Assembly: GCA_001643675.2 (NCBI GenBank)
Contig: LSRY02000026.1
Span: 124,001 to 188,000 of the forward strand
Length of the DNA stretch: 64,000 bases
Direction of reading: 5' to 3'
From: Monocercomonoides exilis PA203
Taxonomy: Eukaryota > Protista > Preaxostyla
In this document: positions 10,956 to 22,707 of the stretch, in pieces
Layout: each line of letters starts with the position of its first letter
Position numbering within the stretch: position 1 is the stretch's first letter
Notes under the pieces: model-generated
Told to the model about the DNA's origin: nothing
What the model saw: the letters and a program-made list of their open reading frames with translations, nothing else
Databases searched by the model: none
Translations under genes and position numbers: made by a program

Positions 10956-13900
10956 ATGGCTGTTAATCGTTCGTTGCTAATAAAAGAACTTCCCATAGGA
11001 CTCCAAAAATCATTCGAGGACATTTCAATCGTACGCAATGATAGCTATCAAGGAACTCTTGACATTATTATTATTTTTTTTATTATATAAAGAAAAATGC
11101 ATTCGTAAAAAATGGACGAGTAGGATAAAGCGAATAGTGGCTCTGTTCGATTGGAATTAGTCTCAACAAATGAGGACGTTCAATGTTTTAATGATTCATT
11201 TTTGTCAAAAATAATTACAATTGATAATTTCTTTTATCGATACAATTGTCTTATTGCCACAGGCTTCAAACATCCAAACAGACCAGAAGAAATAATGTCC
11301 CAATAACATTTTAAAATTTTCAATGGTATCTTATGGATTTGCTATTACAAAGTGAAATCAGTTATAAAAACAAAAGTCGATGGACACAGAATGTTTTTGT
11401 GCCCCAACGAAAAGAAGGAATATGCCTGCGGATGTTCAGGGAGAGACACTTCTGTTGCAGTCAAACAACATAAATGCACATTGTTGTCTCCCACGCTGGA
11501 TTTTTGGATGACAAAAAAACAAAATGTCACGCAACCAACAGTATCTGCAAGTTGCGTCTGTACTAAATTAATTAGAGATATTGAACCATTGACGGATTTA
11601 TTTTAAAATTATATTTCCAGATGCAACATATCGTTTTTGTCAGCTGCGTCTTCCGAATTCAACACATTTGTTAAACATTTGATTCAAATAGCCCAGATAA
11701 ATCCAAACGCAGAGCCCACAGAAATATTTCCGTATTTATCAAAGTGGAAAATAAAAAGACTCATAAGCGAAAAGAAGGCAACAGCAATTCGAGAAAGATC
11801 CAGATTAATAAAGGATAAATACATAGCTCTGATGATCGATGGAGGGAAAATCGCAAATAAAAAGTGCACCATTATTTCATATGTTATTTATGCAGAAAAA
11901 TCAACTCCTGGATTTTGGAGCCTTCAACCAGCATGTTATTCTTCTGATGATTACAAAAATCTTGCTGAAATGTACATTTCGAAGATTGCAAAATGCGTAG
12001 GTGAAGTCAGAAGCATTTGCAGCGACGGCTTGGCTGCTCAAAAAAAGCGTATCAAGATTTATCACACGATTCTGATCGTGAAATCGATTTATTGAACTTT
12101 TATGTCAAACCTTTTCATGTTTATTGTTTAAATCATTTAATTAACCTGACAATCACACATTCTTTTCAAGAAGTCCCATTTCTAAAATCAATCAAGGATA
12201 ATATTATTGAGTTATCAAAATTATCAAGGAGCTCATCTATGCAACAGATGTTACCTACAAAATGCCCAACATTCACACTTACGAGATGGTTGTGCTTGAC
12301 AGATATTTGCAAGTTCATAAGGGAAGACATGGAAATTATATTGAAATCTAAGAAGATGGACAGCCAGAGCATCATTGATGTAATAAAAGCAGAAATTTTG
12401 TTATTCCCTCAAAAACAGTTGAAATTGTTTTTTGAAGATGACAACAGCAAGCTGGGAAATGCTTTTCCAATAATTCTTGAGGCAAAATCATTTTTCAAAA
12501 ACTTTCTTGAATTAAGCACATTTCGTTCCGATCATTGGCATAACTCAATTGTTAACATTTGGATATATTTATTCAACTATACTTATGAAGGCGAAAGAGG
12601 GGATCTAATTGCTCTCGCTTATTCATTAACACCAGAAAGAAAAAATAAACTTATCAGTGATGACTTTTGTTGTATGTCTTTTAATTCAGAAGACAAGAAA
12701 AAAGACAGTTTGCACAAATGTTCGAACATTCATATAATTGCTTATTTTTTTTATAATATTTTTGATATTTCAAATATTTTTTTCTTGCAACTGTTTTTTA
12801 GGCCGAGCATCTTCATCATCTGTTCCCTCATCATCACAGAATCAAGAGACATCTTTTGGGAGGAGCTTTTCAGAAGAAATAGGATCAACCGATTTTCCCT
12901 TATCTGTGAGCAGATTTCAAAAGGCATTATCAATGATTTTGAGAAACGAATCATCAACTGAGCATGTCCGCCCGAGTTCAAACAAGCAACAAATTGAGGA
13001 AGAACAAGATTCCGTAACATCATCATCGAAGCACATCCAGAAAGAAATTGAAGATCTCTTGTTAATTGTTTCACAATTTGAGAAGAAAGAGATTTCTTTT
13101 TCACATATGCGAGAAGAAGCTATTTTTTCAGAAAAAGAAAATACAGCAGATTATTTTGGACTCATGGAGGCAGAGGAGCAATCAGAAAATGACGAATATG
13201 ATGAAATATTAAATGATAAAGCTTCAATATTTAATGAAACAAGATCTTCTCTCATATCTTCTCAAGAAACGCTCAGTGATGAATCGGATTATCATGCCAT
13301 AAGCGACTTCAACAAAGATGTTTACCATGAAGACGAAGATGATGTGATTTTTGCAGGCACAAATAAAAAACTTTAAGTTGTTTACGAAATTTCAAAGGAT
13401 AAGGACGATGAAGCAGTCGATTCAATGAAGATTTCAATTTTATCTACTTGGCATTTCAGAATATGGGTGATTATTTTTGAAATCATATATTTTTTCGGGG
13501 TATGTGTTATTTTCTAAATCACAGTTATTTGCAAAAGAATTCTCAAAAAAGAATTTCATGCTTTAAAATTATTGTCTTTCAAATGCAAATTGTCATTGAA
13601 AGACAGAGAAGTTCATTTATGATTTTTATTTCAATATTAGATAGATTTCTAAGCATTTGCGACAAATTGTGAATTCGAGTGTTTTGATAAGAAAAATGTG
13701 AAATCAAAAAGAATCACCCATATTTAAATAATTTAATACATTTATCAATAATTCATTAGGGAAGTTTACCGAGGAAATGCAAGAAAAATTTGCATCGTTA
13801 TTTAAAACTCACATTCTTACAGCAACTTCAATTGGTGTCCTTGAGAGTTCACCGGTATATTACAGTCATATTGCATCACAGGGTGGAATGGAAACGATTT

Positions 13901-14043
13901 TTGCAAACATTTGTTTTTGTATCGCAACAACTCCTTGTGGTGAATCTCCATGTGAACGACTTTTTTCTAGATAAAAGCGAATCGTCAGTGATCAAAGACA
14001 TTCGCTTTCCTTTGATTCGCAAAATTCGTTGCTTCTTTTGTGA
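10956..14043 (+). pseudogene. hAT-superfamily transposase pseudogene, copy A
   Basis: Cys/His finger CPNEKKEYAC...HKC, IDGG, CSDG, HVYCLNH, TRW and PCGESPCERLFSR. In-frame stops at 11604 and 13972, plus frameshifts. Confidence 0.85.
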
Positions 14044-15216
14044 ATAACATTCACAACTCATTCTTTTTGAAATCAAATAATCATCGTTTGTTATTTTTTC
14101 ACCTCATTCAAGTGATTGAGTTATTTTACATATTATTTAATGAAAATCAAAAATAGAATTCCTAAAATAACATCTTTTATTTATGCAATACTAGAACATA
14201 TTATTTTATATGAAAATATTTCAGTAGTGTGTGATTATATGAAAAAAAGCAATGCGATGAATATAAAAATCGATTACTCTTTATTACTCTTGATTAATGT
14301 TTATGATAGGCAGATAATAAAATATCATTTTATATCGAATACTGTTCTAAAGCTGTAAAACAAAACTATTGTACAATGAAAAACATTTTGGAAAGAATAA
14401 ATGGGAAATGCTGCAACATGCGAAGTGGTGGAGATTGTGATATAGCGCTTTTGGTTGCAATGTTCTGGAAAAGTTTGTGACTCTGTTTCCTGAAGAAATT
14501 GCACTGATGGTGTTGGAGGAGAAAGAAGAGGCAGAGAAAGAAGAAAGAAGAATGATGAAAAAGGAGTCTATTTAACAGTATTCAGGTAGTTTGCGGAAAG
14601 AATCAAACTGAATCCGGCGCAACTGCAAAAAGCAAATCTCCGCTGGTTGTTGAGGTGCATGACTGGCTGGGCTGATGTTTGTAAAGGAGGAAGCAGATAT
14701 AGCAAAATTATCGGGCTTACAGCAAACCGCAGAAATTGAATTGTGATGTGCTTCGTCAGTAAAAGGAATTCAACAAAAGATTTCAAGTGCATAAGACAGT
14801 TGCAGAGAAGCGATAGACAAGTACGTGAGAACAACTGTTAATGAAATCGCAGAAGGACCACGAAAATGTGTGAAATTTTTGAAGATGGAGATGAATGTTT
14901 GATGATCTGAGAAAATCAAGTGAGTAAGGACAGAGATAACGAAAGGGCCTTGGAAATGAAAAAAGGAAAGAGATATGGGAAGTGCCTGGAGATGGTTGCG
15001 AAGAATGAAAGAGAAAATGAGGGGAATATATTAGGAGGACCTGTGTATTTAGTGTAAGAGCTGTGCTAAGGTTGACAAAGTGCAAACTTTCACTTAGAGT
15101 AAAGAATCAGAAAAAAGGATGGCTTTGAGGATTAAGAAGAAGAAGAAGGCGACGAAGATGTAAAAAAGAAGAAGAAGAAGAGAGGAAGAAGAAGAAAGGA
15201 GTTATAACGTTTATTC

Positions 15217-17890
15217 TCAACCGCTAATTTCAACGCTTTTGGAACACTCATCGGAATAATCTCTCAAAATACACAGACTTTCTGAAATGACCGATAAGGT
15301 TTCGCAGATGCATTGATCACCATCTTCACAGCATTTTGCCATTTTCTCTGAGCAATCAATTCTTCCAAGTCCGATCTGTTGTTTGACAAATTGAATGGAC
15401 TGGCTGTCTTCACTCGTCATTCTTCTGTTTGTCTCCCATCCTCCAAACCCGTCAGAAGCGTTTCCGTATCAGGTTCCCCATCAAACACACTCCCAAACGC
15501 ATGTACTCATGTTATCGCTGCACAATTGGTCAGAATCTTCTTCACGTTGCCTGCTTCCACTTTTTCTGTGCTTTGCTTGTCGCGTTAATTTTCCACTCCG
15601 TTGTTGACTTCACCTTCACCGAACCATCAGTGCTCCATCACTACCGACTCTGCTACTTCACAGCACAGCTTCCGAAGATGAAACGGGATATGTGCGTTCG
15701 CATAACATATCAGCTCCTTCCGACCTATTTAGATGCAGTAATCAAAGTCGCGCTTCTCTGTTTTTCCTCGATACCTTCGACAACCGTGCAGAACTTATCA
15801 CACAAGTCTCTTTTTTTGCCTTCTTAATATTTACACCATTCCTTATCCCATGAAGAACAAAGATCTCCAAAAACTTCAAGGCCAAATGCCTCTTCGGTGT
15901 TGTTCTTCCAATGTATCTCTGCCCGTCCACAATACCGCTTCCTGGCTTCTTGTGTGCGGCATGTTCAGCTCGTCCAGCATCGTCTCCGACTGCCCATCTG
16001 CAATGCACCGCTTCATTATCCACGTGCTGCTCTTTCGGATCTGCACACAGATCATCAGCCAGCCACCAGATTAAACAACAAAGAGCTCTCAACTTTTCTG
16101 CCTTCGCTCAACCTCTCCTCTCCTTTCCTCCTCCTCTTCTTTTTTTTTCAACAAAACAAACAACTTTCTTACCCAAGTTCTGCATCGGATATGTCTTTTT
16201 TTTCATTCGTTGTCAAACCATTCATCGGCATTTGTATCTGTTCAACATCTTTACCTTCTCCATCTGAACTTTCATCGAAAGTTATGCCCAAAGACCCATC
16301 TGCTGCTTCTTCTTCTGCTCTTGAAATCTCCTGTTGAATCCAATAGGCTGACAAAGAACTACACACTTCAGCTCCAATTGATGTTTCTTGCCTGCCTTTA
16401 CATCCACCTTCACAAACTTTAACTGATTCTGCTAAAGCTCCTCCACAGCAAGCTGCACCTCGCTTATTACAGCTTCCCCCGGTTCCCTTTGATTTTCTCC
16501 ACAAACTCTCTGTGCTCTGTCGGATACCCGCCTTTCTCCTCATTTCCATCATTTCCTTCTACGCATCCATCTTTTTTTCACTCTTCTTCTCCTTTTTGCC
16601 TCCCTCTTTGCCTCCACTTTCTCCTTCCTCTGCCTTTTCCCGCTCTTCCAGCACAGCCAGCGCAATTGATACTTGTGACGGAATAACATCCTCCATCCCC
16701 AGCCCCGCCTCCAACAGCCCCTTCTTCACAATCTCCCTGACTTCACACACTGCAACTCCTCGCCCCATCACTTCGTCTTCCAGCTTCACCACCACACGCC
16801 TCGACTGCTGTGATCTCCATATCTGGGTTGATGAGTCAAATAGATCATAGATCGAAAGGAACGCATTCACGTCTGACACTGCAAAGATCCGCTTGCTCCC
16901 TGACTTCGTTCCTACCGATGCTGCAAGCGACGGAAGCTGCGCCACCAGCGGAACCGAAAGCATCGCCGAAAGCGCCACATCGTATGATCACACAACACCC
17001 CCATACAGCACCGCCCGTCGAGCCACAACATATCCCCACAGCGTGTGTTGCTCCTTCAGTTACGAAATCTTTTGATTTTCATACACCCCAGCTGCCTCTC
17101 GATATCGTCCATCGCTCCGGTCGATATGTATGATGCCACCACCGCAGATGCATCCGAAGGGTCAATCGCAGGCGCTGATGAAGATGATGGCTGATCATCT
17201 CCTGCTGCCTTCTTCTCTTCGCTTCTCCGCCTCCGGAATTCTTTTGCAGACAAAGAAGACGAAGGCGCTGAGCGAAAAGACGACTGTTGCTCTGCACTGG
17301 AAATAAGAAGCTTTTTCAGATACCCCACCACATCTGCCGGCAGCTCCACAGGAGACACAAACACAACATCCACATTCGGACCAGAAAGATCAAGCAGCCT
17401 CGAAAGCTCGCCGTTCTCGAGCGATGAAAAAAGATGGAACAAAGTTTCTTAAAAAGTTGAGTTGAAATGAGAAGATAAAGAAGATATGCTAATTTTGAAC
17501 GAATTATCGTTCTGGTCTAGAATCAGATGAATAAAATGAGACGCATATGAAAAGATTAATTCAGAAATGGAGAATGCTGCAGTTGCTGTTATCTGCCATT
17601 CTGTTGGATTAAGGCAAAAATACCACAGAAGCCATGAGGCTTCAGAAAGATTCCACAAAATGTTTGTCATTCCAATCTCAAAAGATGAAGTCAATTTAGC
17701 TCTAACTCCAGACGATAAATATCTTCTTTGGCTTTGCGTAAATTTTCTTGCCTGCCTTCATTTCCCTTTCTCACATAAAACACATTTTCATCTTCATAAC
17801 AAAATATTCTTGCTCAAACAAGAATCTTCGTTTCTTCTTCATTTTTCTCTTTATCTCTCACGCTTATACAGAATGCGAAGAAATGCAATA
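15217..17890 (-). pseudogene. IQCH: Decayed IQCH (IQ motif containing H)-like gene
   Basis: Fragments LSRLLDLSGPNVDVVFVSP, ALSAMLSVPLVAQLPSLAASVGTKSGSKRIF and RRVVVKLEDEVMGRGVA match conserved IQCH blocks as I recall them. In-frame TAG at 16559 and frameshifts. Ends approximate. Confidence 0.7.
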
Positions 17891-18650
17891 TGATGAAGTA
17901 AATTTTGATGTGAAGCAGAAGAAATTGTTTGATATGTTGTTGATATGTTTGAATAAGAAGAAAAAGATAAGCAAAAAAGAAAATGTAAAGTTGAAAGCTA
18001 TTTAAGATTGATTAATAATTTGATTCTAAACATGAGATACCTTTCCAAAAGAATTTGATATAAAAGAACATTTTATATAAGAAATTATATGTTATTATTT
18101 ATTTATAATAAAACGAATAACTGCTCTATATTAGCTGCTTTTTGATTTTCTTTCAATTTCAATAAGGAGAGTTTCATATAATTTCACTAGTTCGATAATT
18201 ACTGACAAAATCTCTCAAATTCAAGAAAGTTCAATCTATTTATCATTCAACATAGGAATGCATTTAAAGAGAAGTCTCCAATAAAAAAAATCAAAATAAA
18301 AAAGCTAACCGATATCATGAAAACAATGAAATAAAAACAAATTTTCAGTTTGCCCAAAATGGCTAGAAGTCAACTGTTTAAAATAGTAAAAAAGGAAAAA
18401 AAGTTATGATGAATATGATATTATACCAATTTTGAATTAATATCACAGTATTAGCGTAAAAAATCTTCTTTGTATTTTTTCACTTAATATTATAGAAACG
18501 GAATGATCTTTTTTTCTTTTTTTCTTTTTTTCTTTTTTTCTTTTTTCTTTTTTCTTTTTTCTTTTTTATTTTTTATTTTATATTTTATATTTTTTCTTTT
18601 TTTCTTTTTGTGACGGACGAGGCAAAAATGATTTGTCAGGTCAGACAGGC

Positions 18651-18665
18651 TAAGCCTTTGCGACA
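18651..18665 (+). repeat. Candidate left terminus of hAT element B (TAAGCCTTTGCGACA)
   Basis: Lies ~400 bp upstream of transposase B and shares the TAAGCC start of element A. An inverted near-copy, TGTCGCAAAGGCCTA, is at 55831-55845. Confidence 0.55.
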
Positions 18666-18993
18666 GACTGACATTTTCCAAAATGTTCGACAAGTAGACC
18701 GACAATGCAAAAATATTTCTGCAAAAATTAATTTTATTTTCATTTTTTTAAATTCGTTTTTTCTTATCATGGTATCTCAATTTTTTGATTAATAAATAGA
18801 AAAACAAACAAATCAACGATTCTCTTTTTTTTGATGGAAGTGACTAATTTTTAATATTTTGCTAATATGAATTTGATTTTTCATGGTTTCGAAATTAAAA
18901 AATTATCATTAGTCCATAAAAAATTACTTATTATCCTTTTTAACAAATAATTTTGTATATTTCACTTGTTTCAAAAATTCATTTTTTCGACTA

Positions 18994-19027
18994 AGATCAG
19001 TCGGTCGAACAGATCAGTCGGTCGAAC
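18994..19027 (+). repeat. Perfect 17-bp tandem duplication AGATCAGTCGGTCGAAC x2 upstream of transposase B
   Basis: Copies at 18994-19010 and 19011-19027. Confidence 0.9.
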
Positions 19028-19073
19028 GGAAAAATTGATTATTTGATAGATATCATGATACAATTAACAACAA

Positions 19074-22000
19074 ATGAGGATTTTTTAAGAAGCTTGCCTT
19101 TGGAATTACAAAACAGTGCAAAATCAAAAGAAATCGTTTGAATTAAACATAATCCAAATTTTGACAGAAACTATTTTATTTCTTTTTTTTTTTTCAAAAG
19201 AGTGCTACATTAAACAAAAAAATGGAAGAGCTGAAAAAAAGTGATTGTTCATTTGTTGAGATGGAATGTTCAAAATCAACAAATTTTGGAAAATGTTTGA
19301 TTTTTTCCAGTTTTGATCAAAAATTATATCATTTCATTTGTTTTGATTATAATAAAGTTTACAGGCATCCTAATAACACTGGAGAAGATATTGGAAAAGT
19401 TCACTTTGAAATTCAAAAAAATTCAGTTTGGATAGCTTATACGCCTGTGAAAAATGATGGAACATTGAAAAATGATGGACATATTTATTATTTGTGTCCA
19501 AACAGCAAAGAAGGAGTTAATTGTGGAGTTTCCGGAAGAAAAGGATGTGATCGAATAATTAATCATCAATGTCCCCTTTTGACAAATTCATCAATCGTCA
19601 AATTAATGAAGCAGCATCAACCTCTCAATCAAGCAACTTATTACTCAAATTTAAAAGAAGTTCCATTTCATTTTCAATATGATTTATTGAAATAACAATT
19701 TTTGAGGTTAATTGGACATTGTAACATTGCATTTTTGTCCGCTTATTCATCTGAGTTTAATAGTTTCATTTCTTCTCTTTTACAGATTTCTCAACAAAAT
19801 CCATCATTTTCTCCAGAAACCATATTTCCTTCATTGAATTACAGAAAACTATCAGCAATAATTCATGACGAAGTGGAAGGTGCAAATAAAGAAAGGGATG
19901 CTGCAATTTTCAATTTTTCAGTCGGTATTATGATTGACGGTGGAGTTATCGCTGGCAAAAAGCACACAGCTGTAACTGTGGTTCCGTTGAATCCAGGTGC
20001 AAAGCCAATGTTTTATAAATTAGCAAAAGCGTGTTACACTTCCTTTGATTATTCTCAACTTGCAGTCCAAATTATGACAGAAATAAAAGATTTACAAGGA
20101 GAAGTTCGGTGTTTTTGCACAGACGGCTTCCTTCCTCAGAAGCTTGCAATTCAGAGCCTTTCAGAAGTAACCACAACAGCAAAATCTTTGTCATTTTACA
20201 AAGGAACACCACCAATTTTTATTTATTGTAGCAACCATTTTTTAAACTTAGTTGTTTCCTATTTTTTCAACAACAACGAATTCTTTCGAACACAGAAAGA
20301 TGCAATTATTTCATTTACGAAACAAGCGAAGGTGATTTCCCGAAGGCAACCCTCAACACCAAAATGCCCTTCTTTCATTGAAACAAGATGGCTTTGCATT
20401 TTTGATATTTGTTTTTTTATTAGAAAACATTTTCATGATGATATTTTTTCTGAATTACAGGAATTGATTTTTTTCGAAAATGTGATTAAATGTGAACTAC
20501 TATTATTTCCCTTTAGAGAACTTCAGTTACAGTTCGATAAAGATGAAACGAAGTTTGGAGATGTATTCCCTCTGCTGGTGAAAGCATTTGCTCACCACTC
20601 ATGGATGCATGACCTCGAAGAATTCTCAGAAGAAAACTGGCAATCTGGTTTATGTGATATTATAATCCTTTTGTCTAATTTTTTTTTGCAGGTGATAGGG
20701 GAAATTTGATCTCTTTGGCCTTTTCATTGACTCCTGGAGGGAGTAATAACTATCAAATGGGTTCTTTTTCTGAGTTTTACAAACAAGAATTGAAAAGGCT
20801 GAAAGCGAAATACGGACTTGTTTTTCGTCGTAAAACAACGGATCAAACAACGAAACACTCTGAATCAAAAACAATTCAACAAAACATGATTCAAAATACT
20901 TCTGAAAAAAGGAATCCAATTTTCACATTTGAGCAATCAAAACATATGCCATCCGCTTCTATTTCGTCTTCGTCCTTCGAATCCATTTTTGATTCCTCCC
21001 CTTCGTCTTCATCTTTTTCTGATTCTTCATCAAGTTCGCCTTCGAATTCTTTATCGTGTTCTCCTTCAAATTCAACATCAAATTCACCTATGAACGTAGG
21101 ACAAATTTCATCAAATCAAGTTCTCGATTATGATCTTCGAACAAATATCTTCGAAAAACGAGATGAACGAAAAAATAAAATATTTTCGAAAACCTCAAAA
21201 CAAATCTTTGAGTCCAGAAGTCCAATTGATAGCGATATTTTTCCAAATAAATTTTCATTCGATTTGCCTTCTCCTTCGTCAACGTACTCATTTAACCCTT
21301 TCACAATTGATTCGTTTTATTCAGCACTTCAGTCACTTAATCCATCACTCTATGATAACTCAAATAAAGACTCATCCATCATTCCTCCGTCAAATCAGTC
21401 TTCTACAGCCAAAGTTTTTGAAAAAAAAGAAAACTCATTTCCAGGATACTCTCGAATTGTACAACTTCTTCAAATGATCGAAGAAAACTCTTCAACAAAA
21501 TGTGAAGAATCTTTTTTAAAACATGAGGAGAAAACAGATGAAACAGATGAAGATGAATTTGGACTATTGCAAGCCGATAGCGATTCTGAAGAAGATGAAT
21601 ATACAGAAAAATTCGAGACATCTTCCTTAACAATGAAAGAAAATGTTATTCACAACACTCGTTGCAAAAGGCGAAAAGAAAATGAAGATTGTTCTGAAGA
21701 AAAAGGAAAAAATGAAACGGATGATTTGGATGATGATGAAGAAAAGAAAAATGAAGAATATGAAGATGATGTTGTTTTCATCGGTTCAAATGAACAAATT
21801 GAAATTGGAACTCAAAAAAATTTGGAGTTAAAAGTTAAAGAAACAAGAAAAATCCAAGAGATAATTAATATGGACTGGTTCATAAGAATGAAAAGTGGAT
21901 TTCATGGTTATATATCAAAAGTGTTTCTGAACCAAACGGAAAACTTCAAGGAAAAGCTAGAAGCTTTGTATTCTTCATTTTTTCTTGATTGCCATCAATC

Positions 22001-22211
22001 ATATATGCAAAATAATTTATTTGTGTTGTTTTCAGAAATGAGCAAATCTGGTATATTTCATTCGATATTTTCGAATGTTTGTTTCGCCTTGGTTACATTT
22101 CCGTGTAGCGAAGCTTCTTGTGAGCGCCTCTTTTCTCGACTTCGACGTATTGTTGGGGATAGAAGGCACTCTCTTTCTTTGGAAACTCTCAATAATTTAC
22201 TTTTTCTTTAG
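19074..22211 (+). pseudogene. hAT-superfamily transposase, copy B (nearly intact)
   Basis: CPNSKEGVNC...HQC finger, IDGG, CTDG, YCSNH, ETRW and PCSEASCERLFSRLRRIVGDRRHSL. One in-frame TAA at 19693 and a 1-nt frameshift in the T run at 20679-20687. The 5' exon is uncertain. Confidence 0.88.
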
Positions 22212-22707
22212 CTTTTTTTTTTTCATTTTTTTTCAATTAACATGCTCCTTTATTATGAATCATATAACGCTTTTGAATAAAAAGCAATATCTTTTTTTGA
22301 AATTTTGACAATTATTGTTTTTTGCTTCACATCTAAATAAGTTCATAAATAAACATTTTTTAATGTTTAAGTTGAATTTATTTTACTATATGATGCATTT
22401 GCAAACAAAAACTGTGAACATTCTCTTATTTACAATTTCACGAACAGCATCTCCCTGCAAAAATATATGTAAACAATTTTTGAAGTCACATGAATACTGA
22501 CTTCCTCATCGATTTTCAAAAATATCTATCTTCCATCTTTTCTTGAGCAAAACTGATCATTCCAGCAAAAATAGTTATAATCCTTCAACTGATTGAAAAA
22601 CTTCTAATATTCTTAACTTCTCTAATAAATTATTTCAAGATGTCTCGGGTTGAACATCTCATGCGTATTCCATGAATCCGTTTTGCACGCTTCCGCTTTT
22701 TTTTGCT

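Larger units (their letters stand above)
10694..18651 (+). mobile_element. Putative hAT element A delimited by perfect 19-bp TIRs; contains the transposase pseudogene plus host-derived sequence
   Basis: AGCCTGTCTGACCTGACAA at 10696-10714 and its exact reverse complement at 18633-18651. Subterminal TGACGGACGAG at 10741 and 18611. No matching TSD found. Confidence 0.55.

Noticed and set aside
18994-19027. Direct repeats as a CRISPR-like array
   Set aside because: Only two adjacent copies with no spacer, in a eukaryotic context with no cas genes.
11604-19695. Both hAT copies have a TAA just before the CNI(S/A)FLSA block, suggesting programmed readthrough
   Set aside because: When aligned, the stops are three codons apart, and each is one substitution from a plausible sense codon.
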